Assembly (NCBI GenBank): GCA_964589775.1
Contig: CAZPUN010000045.1
Coordinates: forward strand, 1 to 13,432
DNA: 13,432 bases
Source of the DNA: an uncultured archaeon
Lineage (GTDB): Archaea; Asgardarchaeota; Thorarchaeia; Thorarchaeales; CAZPUN01
Direction: 5' to 3'
The notes under the pieces were generated by a model that saw only the letters and a program-made list of their open reading frames with translations, did not search any database and was not told the DNA's origin. Both the position numbers and the translations under genes were made by a program. Below, piece after piece: positions 6,808-13,432 of the stretch (position 1 is its first letter; the number at the start of each line of letters is the position of its first letter).

Positions 6808-7836
6808 TTATTTTGGTACTAATTTCTTCTTTGGTTTGCCTTTCGGTTCGACTTGAGCTTCTTCGCTTTCACTCTTGAAGAATGTGATCAAGTCGCTTAA
6901 TCGTTCTTTCATCTCGCTCTTAATTGGACTTAATATTGCATCCGGAGTTCCTTTGAGAAATTCAATTGCAATTACTTTGCCATTTCTGATGATTACACGT
7001 GGAATGAATCCCTCTGCTAAGAATGTTCCTTCTGGAGGATTCTTAACTCGCTCGAGACGTTTTTCAACCTTTTCAGTTGTGAAGAACTTGATTTTATGTT
7101 CTGCTATTGTGAATAAATCATTGTTTATAACAACGAGTTCTTTCTTATAGCCTTTTGGTGGTTCGAGTGCTTGTAATTCTTGAATTATGGCTTGGATTTC
7201 GCTTGGTGTCATCTGAGTTGTTGGTTGAGCTGCGGCTTGTGCTGTTGCAGCAGCTGAAACTTGAGGTGCGGGTCTAGCCTTAGCTGTTGATGTGGTGGCG
7301 GCTGAAACTTGAGGTGCGGGTCTAGTAGTTGTAGTAGTGGGTGCGGGTCTAGTAGTTGTAGTAGTGGGTGCAGGACGGGAAGTAGTCGTAGTAGGTTGTG
7401 GGGCAGGTTTTGTAGTAGTTGTGGTAGTTGTAGTTGTTTTAGGTGCAGGACGGGAAGTAGTTGTAGTAGTTGTGGTAGTTGTAGTTGTGGGTTGTGGTTT
7501 GGGTTTTGGAGTTGGTTTGATGACCTTTTTTACAGGAGCTGAAGCTGCAGACCCAGTCAATGCAGCGAAAAATTGGGGTTTCTCATCGCCTTCATCCGTA
7601 GGCTTTACAGTATAATTAAATCCGTATTCAGACCTTAATTTTGTAGCGACTCTGGCTCCAATAAATTTCTTTCGTACTACTGCCTCTGAACCTTTCCAGA
7701 GCCATATTGTTTTTGAATCAGGATCCACAACAATAATTACTGATGTGGGTTTCAGAATATCTTTTGATGGTGTAACCGGGATGCTTTCACCATGCTCATT
7801 AACTTCAAAAGCGTCTACCATTCTAATCACTGACAT
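6808..7836 (-). CDS. Gelsolin/cofilin-like domain protein (Asgard 1DGelX-like): gelsolin-like domain, Thr/Pro-rich linker, C-terminal domain of unknown function
   Basis: aa 1-94: LKPTSVIIVVDPDSKTIWLWKGSEAVVRKKFIGARVATKLR...DEGDEKPQFFAAL matches the gelsolin-repeat signature (IWxWxG...A-x-x-A...EGxE-x-x-x-F). aa ~101-210 are low complexity. aa ~210-295 look globular (PPKGYKKELVVINN...PPEGTFLAEGFIPRVIIRNGKVIAIEFL). Start could be Met6 (7821). Confidence 0.82.
   Translation of the reverse strand: MSVIRMVDAFEVNEHGESIPVTPSKDILKPTSVIIVVDPDSKTIWLWKGSEAVVRKKFIGARVATKLRSEYGFNYTVKPTDEGDEKPQFFAALTGSAASAPVKKVIKPTPKPKPQPTTTTTTTTTTTSRPAPKTTTTTTTTTKPAPQPTTTTSRPAPTTTTTRPAPTTTTTRPAPQVSAATTSTAKARPAPQVSAAATAQAAAQPTTQMTPSEIQAIIQELQALEPPKGYKKELVVINNDLFTIAEHKIKFFTTEKVEKRLERVKNPPEGTFLAEGFIPRVIIRNGKVIAIEFLKGTPDAILSPIKSEMKERLSDLITFFKSESEEAQVEPKGKPKKKLVPK
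7253..7488. repeat. Intragenic nested tandem/direct repeats encoding the Thr/RPAP linker
   Basis: Perfect 27-bp tandem duplication (7313-7339 = 7340-7366). 25-bp direct repeat (7253-7277, 7301-7325). 20-bp repeat (7367-7386, 7442-7461). 28-bp repeat (7410-7437, 7461-7488). All periods are multiples of 3. Confidence 0.9.
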
Positions 7837-7921
7837 TTTTTAATTGAAACATAAATATCATAGCATTCATGCATTTGTAACTAATTATATTTCCTATTTT
7901 ATTAAATATAAATGTTATATA

Positions 7922-8950
7922 TTAAATAGTATTGTCATTTCTTATTAATATAATTTCTTCTTTTGGAATTTTTATGAATACATTTTTTCCTATTATTGAA
8001 GATATTGATTTATCCATTGGTAATATTGTCGCATATATTAATATACTTCCGATGCTAAGTTGTAGTTGCCATCGGCTTCTTCTGCGTGTAGCAAGTATTA
8101 CCTTTGCCTTCACTGTATTTTCGGATTGTGTGGATTTTACTTCCACGGATTCTGGTGAAAATGCAATGGCTTTAACTTTATTGTTCTCGGTTATATCTTG
8201 AAATATTTTTATCTTTTCTGCACTTTCGCGTGAAATTACATTCATTCCGATAAACTCTGCTACAAATTTATTCTTTGGTTGTTGAAGGATCTCTTCAGGA
8301 GTTCCGTTCTGTATTATGTATCCTTTATTCATAATTGAGATGCTATCTGAGATCGCAAATGCCTCTTCTTGCGAGTGTGTCACGTAAATTGTTGTTACAT
8401 TGAATTCTTGCTGGATTTTCCTAATCTCCCATTTTAGGCGTTCTCGTAACAATGCGTCGAGTGAAGATAGCGGCTCATCCATCAGTAGCACCTTTGGTTC
8501 AGGAGCTAATGCACGAGCTATCGCAACTCTTTGACCTTCGCCACCCGATATTTCATTTGGCATTTTCTTAAGTAAGTGCTTAATTTCAAGAATTTCCGCA
8601 AGTTCCATAACGCGTTCATGTGTCTTTTGTTGATCAACTTTTCGGACATCTAATCCAAATGCAATATTCTCATATACATTTAAATGTGGGAATAACGCTA
8701 CTGTCTGAAAAACCATGCCTATGTTTCTCTTTTGAGGTGGTATATCATTTACTACAACATCATCGAATTTTATTACGCCATCATCTGGTGTAATTAATCC
8801 TGCAATCATTCTTAGAGTTGTAGTCTTACCACAACCGCTAGGACCAAGAAGTGTATGCAGATTCCCATCTGGCACTGTTACATTGAGCGGTCCTATTTTA
8901 GTTCCGTCTGGAAATGTCTTTACCACATTTTCAAGAGATAATTTTACCAA
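7922..8950 (-). CDS. thiQ: ABC transporter ATP-binding subunit (thiamine; PotA/FbpC-like with C-terminal TOBE-like domain)
   Basis: Walker A GPSGCGKTT, Q-loop MVFQ, signature ISGGEGQRVAIARAL, Walker B LLMDEP, H-loop YVTH. The TTG start directly follows the thiP TAA, with GGAGG upstream. Substrate inferred from operon context. Confidence 0.88.
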   Translation of the reverse strand: MVKLSLENVVKTFPDGTKIGPLNVTVPDGNLHTLLGPSGCGKTTTLRMIAGLITPDDGVIKFDDVVVNDIPPQKRNIGMVFQTVALFPHLNVYENIAFGLDVRKVDQQKTHERVMELAEILEIKHLLKKMPNEISGGEGQRVAIARALAPEPKVLLMDEPLSSLDALLRERLKWEIRKIQQEFNVTTIYVTHSQEEAFAISDSISIMNKGYIIQNGTPEEILQQPKNKFVAEFIGMNVISRESAEKIKIFQDITENNKVKAIAFSPESVEVKSTQSENTVKAKVILATRRRSRWQLQLSIGSILIYATILPMDKSISSIIGKNVFIKIPKEEIILIRNDNTI

Positions 8951-10639
8951 TTAGAAATTCCCTCCGAACTGGCCTCGACTGAGCTTTTCGATTAAATAAA
9001 ACGCAATAATACAAATGATGATAAGAATTGATGATAGTGCTCCTGCATCTACAAATTTACGTGCCCCTAACAATTGATAGATTACAATTGTCATTGTCAC
9101 ATATTGCGGCTTTGCCAAGAAGTATGTAGCAGACATCTCTCCGATGCTCATAGCAAAAGCAAGAGTGGCTGCAACAAAGATTCCAGGTGCTATAATTGGT
9201 AACTCGACTCTAAAGAAGGTCTCTAATTTACTTGCGCCCAATGATTCTGCAGCACTTGTTATTTCTTTGTCCATTTGTTCTATTTGATTAGAGATTGCCC
9301 TTGTAGTAAATGGAAGCTCGATTAAAGTGTGTGCAAGTACTATTAATATCCACGGTTCAGATGAAAATATGGCGACTCTACCCCATACAAGTGAGAGACC
9401 TAACGCAAGGGTAATTGCAGAAATACCTAGCGGTGCCAGAATCATAAGATGATATATTTTACTTATTCTTCTAAATGCATCTCGAGTAAGAAAAGCTCCT
9501 AAAATCCCGATTAGAACAGACGCAGTGGTTGAAACAACCGCATAGAACATACTATTTACAACTGGTAATAATGCTGGTATTCCTAAATTAGGGTGGGTTG
9601 CCCATGTTAGCATTCGCTCATATCCTTGTAATGTAAATGAATTCGTGTATGGATCTATAAAAGACGTGATAAAGACTGAGACTAGTGGTCCGGTTAGGAG
9701 TATAATTAAAAATACTACGTATGTTAATAGTGCAAGAGCTCTTTTTCTCGTTAGTCCCGAATCTGGTCCTATCAGTCTCTTCTTTATTATGTTTGCTTTT
9801 GTTTGAACACGTTTTGAAAACGCCGCATTTGTTTTCAGATATATAATCGTAACCATGATCGTGGAAAATAACTGGATAACTGCAAGAGCAGATGCTCTAT
9901 CATAATCGAAATTTAAAAATGACGACCAAATCTGCACTTCAATAGTTCTAAAATAAGGCCCACCAAGAGCAAGTACTATTGTGAAGCTCATAAAACAGAA
10001 CAAAAAGATCAATAAAGCTGCGGAAATGAATCCAGGTGCAGTTAGCGGAAAAATGATTCGTTTGAATTTATGCCATCCGGAACTTCCTAATACTTCTGCA
10101 GCATCTTCAATATCTGAATTTATGCGTTCCCATACAGCTGAAATCATGAGTATTGCAATAGGTATATTGTAAAACACATGTGCAAGAACAATACCGAAAA
10201 ATCCAGATGCAAGATCAAATGTGGGAAAACCCGGACCAAAAATCGCTTTTAAAATCATATTGATGTATCCTTCACTTCCAAACATTCGCACAAAGCCAAC
10301 AACAACTACGATGGACGGCAACACAAAGGGTACCATAAGAAATGCACGAGCTAAGCTTTTCCCCTTAAACTCATATTTTGCAAGAACATAGGCTCCTGGA
10401 ATACTGAGTATTATGGTTATAATAGTACTTACTGTAGCCTCTTGAAATGTAAATATAATTGCTGCTTGGTCTAATGGTCTCATAAGAGATTCGATAATTG
10501 GCTGGAGCGTAAAATTTCCCCCGGACACAAACCCTCGTAGAACTATAAAAGCCACTGGATAATAGAAAAATAAAATCAGAAATAATATGGGGCTCGCAAT
10601 TGCTGTTATCCTAAGAATTTTCTGGATTTGTTGATTCAT
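8951..10639 (-). CDS. thiP: Thiamine ABC transporter permease (fused double permease, ThiP/FbpB type)
   Basis: About 12 hydrophobic segments, two EAA loops (IEDAAEVLGSS; ITSAAESLGAS), and PFVLPSIVV, AHVFYNIP and SFTIVLALGG motifs typical of ThiP. Adjacent to thiB. Confidence 0.88.
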   Translation of the reverse strand: MNQQIQKILRITAIASPILFLILFFYYPVAFIVLRGFVSGGNFTLQPIIESLMRPLDQAAIIFTFQEATVSTIITIILSIPGAYVLAKYEFKGKSLARAFLMVPFVLPSIVVVVGFVRMFGSEGYINMILKAIFGPGFPTFDLASGFFGIVLAHVFYNIPIAILMISAVWERINSDIEDAAEVLGSSGWHKFKRIIFPLTAPGFISAALLIFLFCFMSFTIVLALGGPYFRTIEVQIWSSFLNFDYDRASALAVIQLFSTIMVTIIYLKTNAAFSKRVQTKANIIKKRLIGPDSGLTRKRALALLTYVVFLIILLTGPLVSVFITSFIDPYTNSFTLQGYERMLTWATHPNLGIPALLPVVNSMFYAVVSTTASVLIGILGAFLTRDAFRRISKIYHLMILAPLGISAITLALGLSLVWGRVAIFSSEPWILIVLAHTLIELPFTTRAISNQIEQMDKEITSAAESLGASKLETFFRVELPIIAPGIFVAATLAFAMSIGEMSATYFLAKPQYVTMTIVIYQLLGARKFVDAGALSSILIIICIIAFYLIEKLSRGQFGGNF

Positions 10640-10684
10640 ACGTGCCCCATTCCTTTATTCCTTATATTTTATTCTATCTGATAC

Positions 10685-11815
10685 TTAACTCGACATTATT
10701 GTTTGCCAATCTTCAAGCCATGTGGACAAATTCGTTTCAATCTCATTATATGATAAAAGCTGATTGAGCTGATAAACATTGTATGGGTCAATTGCGTAAT
10801 CATAGCATTCTGGTAATTTTGCATGCGTATTCGCAGGATACATCCAGTTGTTTGTGGGAATGAGCTCTTGAACTTGAACACTCAGGAAGTAGTCTATGAA
10901 CTTCTTAGCGAGTTCTGCATGCTTTGCGTTTTTAACAAGTCCGATACCTTCAATCTGCATCCAACCACATGGCTGACCATTGTCTCTAGTCAATGTGGCA
11001 TTAGTTGTTGTGCTATTGTAAAAGTACATTGAATATGCCGCATCTGTTCCATAACTTACAACCATATGCCTGTTTGCCTCTGGTGTAAAGAACAGATCAT
11101 ATGCCTCAGACCATCCTGAAGCTACCCGCACTTTACCTTTTATTGCCTGCCACCATGTCTTCCAATCCTTATGTAGAATCTTTTCATATACTGCAATCTG
11201 ACTTAACAGAAATGATAACCCTGGACTACTAAGTGTGGGATTCTCCACAATTAATGTATTCGCAAAGGTATCGTTTAATAGATCTTCAAATGTCAAATTA
11301 TTGATGTTTGGCGTTGTGGTTGAATTAAGATGAGTCATATCATAAACAAGTGCGATTAATCCATAATCGAAAGGTGTTACATGATGCTCTGGATCCAATT
11401 CGCTGATTAGATCCGGTCTGATTTGTGAGATGTTTTGTGGTGTGTATGGTTCAAATAAATCATTCGCAAGAGCTTCGTGTATAAGAATATTATCAACGCC
11501 AATAATTACATCAGCTGTGGGATTATCCTTTTCTTGAATTGCAGTAAGCATCATCTCGCGAGCATCCGAAAATGCCTTCCTGATTTCAATTTTCACATTG
11601 TACATCCGCTCAAAGTTGCCAAATACTTGATCATATGTCTTGTTAGCATCTTTGCCCCATGCTAGCAAGCTGTCGTAAGTATAAATTACAAGATCAGGTT
11701 CCTTGTGCGATGTCATATTTATGACTTGAAAAGCTCCAATGGCTATTATTGCTATTATTAAAACTCCCGCGATTATCTTGCGGGAATCGCGTGCTCTCCT
11801 AAATTCATCCGACAT
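10685..11815 (-). CDS. thiB: Thiamine ABC transporter substrate-binding protein with N-terminal TM anchor
   Basis: LVIYTYDSL, ADVIIGVDN, PFDYG, ENPTLSSPGLSFL, GWSEAY, MVVSYGTD, QIEG and IPTNNWMYPAN are TbpA/ThiB hallmarks. Hydrophobic anchor at aa ~14-32. Confidence 0.93.
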   Translation of the reverse strand: MSDEFRRARDSRKIIAGVLIIAIIAIGAFQVINMTSHKEPDLVIYTYDSLLAWGKDANKTYDQVFGNFERMYNVKIEIRKAFSDAREMMLTAIQEKDNPTADVIIGVDNILIHEALANDLFEPYTPQNISQIRPDLISELDPEHHVTPFDYGLIALVYDMTHLNSTTTPNINNLTFEDLLNDTFANTLIVENPTLSSPGLSFLLSQIAVYEKILHKDWKTWWQAIKGKVRVASGWSEAYDLFFTPEANRHMVVSYGTDAAYSMYFYNSTTTNATLTRDNGQPCGWMQIEGIGLVKNAKHAELAKKFIDYFLSVQVQELIPTNNWMYPANTHAKLPECYDYAIDPYNVYQLNQLLSYNEIETNLSTWLEDWQTIMSS

Positions 11816-11835
11816 TTCTTTTGCCTCGATAAATT

Positions 11836-11853
11836 TATAAGTGGGTTATATAA
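11836..11853. promoter_or_regulatory. Candidate ThiR operator (TATAA-N5-TTATA) overlapping a TATA box (TTATATAA)
   Basis: Inverted repeat at 11836-11850 in the 96-bp thiB/thiR divergent intergenic region. TTATATAA at 11846-11853 lies ~31-38 nt upstream of the thiB ATG. Confidence 0.55.
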
Positions 11854-11911
11854 TTAAATTATCAAAAAAGCTTGACATGCATTCATTAATTAAATTTTTG
11901 GTGGCATCATA

Positions 11912-12850
11912 ATGAGACCCCCCTGTGAAATTGCTACTAAGGAATTTATTCCGCTATTTCGGTATTATCTTACGCATGAATTGAGAAAGCGAGGGTTCAA
12001 GCAGACTCAGATTAGCAAATTATTGGGCATCACACAAGCAGCAGTTAGTGGATATTTATCAAAGCGAATTAAGGGTAATAGAGACATTGAGGAATTCATA
12101 ATCGGGCGTATTGGAACCATTGTAGAAGATCTGTTATCTCATTATAGTGCATCAAAATTAATCTATCATACCTGCAGTTTGTGTTATGAGTTACGTGCTG
12201 GGGGTGGTATTTGTGTTCTTCATAAGAAAGCAATACCTGAACTTGAATCTGAGAATTGTTCTATTTGTGAAGAATCTCCATTTAATCAAACCGATGCATT
12301 TGGAGAGCGTGTTTCTGCATTGAATCACATGAAGAATGCAATAAGTCTTTTACAAAGTCAAGATGGTGTCGGATATCTTGTGCCTGAAGTTATGATGAAT
12401 ATCGTTTATGCATTAAAGGATGCGAAGACAACGCAGGATGTAGTTGCGATTCCAGGTAGAATCGTCAAAATAAAATCCAAGATCAAACCGAGTGCAAATC
12501 CTGCATTTGGTGGTTCTGAGCATATGTCTAAATTAATTATTAGAATTATGAAATATCTTCCTGATGCAAGATCAATGATTTGTGTTGATTCGAATGAGAC
12601 AATTCAACAAGCAGTGAAATCTGTGGGGATTCCTTTCTTTATTTGTGATAACATCCCCGACAAAACTGAAGAGGAGATCATTGAAAAATGTCTTATGAAG
12701 CATGAATCAGAATTACAAAATCCTTTTGCGATTTTGGTTCCTGAGGCTCCCGGAAGAGAATCTCTAATCTATATAGTGGATAAACTTCCAGAATATATTT
12801 CGCAACAAATAATAAAAATCATAAAAGAAATGAGGAAAATAAAAGAATAG
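11912..12850 (+). CDS. thiR: ThiR thiamine-responsive transcriptional regulator (N-terminal HTH plus ThiN-like domain)
   Basis: MRPPCE...GFKQTQISKLLGITQAAVSGYL (XRE-type HTH), Cys-rich linker, then ThiN-like LVPEVMMNIVYAL...DVVAIPGRIV...PAFGGSEHM. Divergent from the thiamine transporter. Confidence 0.88.
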   Translation: MRPPCEIATKEFIPLFRYYLTHELRKRGFKQTQISKLLGITQAAVSGYLSKRIKGNRDIEEFIIGRIGTIVEDLLSHYSASKLIYHTCSLCYELRAGGGICVLHKKAIPELESENCSICEESPFNQTDAFGERVSALNHMKNAISLLQSQDGVGYLVPEVMMNIVYALKDAKTTQDVVAIPGRIVKIKSKIKPSANPAFGGSEHMSKLIIRIMKYLPDARSMICVDSNETIQQAVKSVGIPFFICDNIPDKTEEEIIEKCLMKHESELQNPFAILVPEAPGRESLIYIVDKLPEYISQQIIKIIKEMRKIKE

Positions 12851-12862
12851 TTGGGTCTGTTC

Positions 12863-13099
12863 TTATACTAGGGTATCTGTAGGAATTATCCTAATGCCCT
12901 CATCTGTTGTTTCAATTTCAAACTCCGTATAGCCATTATTGATCAGAATCTGAATCGATTCCGCATTCATGACTTTCTGCATCCGCTCTTTTAGAAGCTG
13001 TATTATTGCAGCGATCTCTCTGAGATCTTCATTCACCGTTATTGGATCTATTGACACGATATTCAAGTTGGTATTTGTTATTCTTTTTGCTATTGCCAT
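12863..13099 (-). CDS. Hypothetical protein (78 aa)
   Basis: AGGTG SD 6 nt before the ATG. Protein-like composition (amphipathic helix then beta-strands). Fills the gap convergent to thiR with a 12-bp spacer. No family recognised. Confidence 0.65.
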   Translation of the reverse strand: MAIAKRITNTNLNIVSIDPITVNEDLREIAAIIQLLKERMQKVMNAESIQILINNGYTEFEIETTDEGIRIIPTDTLV

Positions 13100-13432
13100 T
13101 TTTTACACCTATATTTCCCTTAGAATGGAAACGGATCATCTGAATATGGGTCCATTTTTTCATCACCATTGAATACCTTAGCAAAAAAGCTAAAGTTCTT
13201 TTGTAAATTCACGAAAATAATTCAAAAATTGGAAAAATCTGGATTATTATGGCTCTGATTTATATTATATATAATATGATTTCTCATCTTCATTTTTTAA
13301 TTTTTTATAAAATTATAATTAAAATTTAAAAGAAAATTTTTTTGGCATTGTGATAAAAAATTAAAAATCTTCAGGGTTGTACTAGACTAAAAGATAAGCC
13401 TATTTAACAATTACTAAATTCATGCAAAAAAT

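Noticed and set aside
7253-7488. Repeats considered as a CRISPR array
   Set aside because: They are in-frame, intragenic and low-complexity, with no constant repeat/unique spacer structure and no cas genes.
7309-7615. Plus-strand ORFs 7309-7542 (Cys/Ser-rich, metallothionein/RiPP-looking) and 7337-7615 (poly-Val)
   Set aside because: They are antisense read-outs of the ACN-rich poly-Thr linker of the gelsolin-like gene. Their composition is fully explained by the opposite strand.
11816-11911. TPP riboswitch upstream of thiB
   Set aside because: The region is short and AT-rich, and lacks the CUGAGA and other conserved TPP aptamer elements.
11912-12850. Catalytic thiamine-phosphate synthase ThiN/ThiDN
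   Set aside because: The N-terminus is an HTH rather than a ThiD kinase, and the gene is divergent from the transporter. This matches the regulator ThiR, although residual catalysis cannot be excluded from sequence alone.
13119-13134. ORB-like element (CTTAGAATGGAAACGG)
   Set aside because: Only a partial match to TCCAxTGGAAAC, single copy, no G-string, and no cdc6 in the window.
6482-13172. Other small overlapping ORFs (6482-6718, 6875-7150, 7932-8201, 9981-10172, 10696-10881, 10823-11032, 11477-11665, 12969-13172), and likewise 1032-1217
   Set aside because: Shadow or alternative-frame ORFs overlapping better-supported genes, with no family signal.

Overview
AT-rich, gene-dense archaeal chromosomal segment, most likely from an Asgard archaeon. 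This assignment is inferred from archaeal GGTGA/GGAGG Shine-Dalgarno sites, a Pyrococcus-type alanine aminotransferase, archaeal ThiR, and several eukaryotic-signature-like proteins. Housekeeping genes: a 5'-truncated geranylgeranyl-reductase-family flavoprotein, a GNAT acetyltransferase, a MurG-like (GT28/MJ1255-type) glycosyltransferase, alanine aminotransferase, a PHP metallohydrolase, and a thiamine ABC transporter (thiB-thiP-thiQ) divergent from its regulator thiR, with a candidate operator palindrome between them. Interspersed are two gene pairs suggestive of cytoskeleton or membrane-trafficking functions. (i) A 2-TM membrane microprotein ending in a cytoplasmic Pro7 tail is followed by a cytoplasmic protein with an alpha/gamma-SNAP-like helical domain, an Ig-like beta-sandwich and a coiled coil. 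(ii) A single-domain gelsolin/cofilin-like protein (1DGelX-like) with a repeat-expanded Thr/RPAP linker is tightly linked to a Roadblock/LC7 gene with no GTPase nearby. The right end has a small hypothetical gene, a possible upstream micro-ORF (MDPYSDDPFPF) and a very AT-rich palindromic tract. No rRNA, tRNA, CRISPR array or mobile element was recognised. All family calls are by visual motif recognition; no searches were run.
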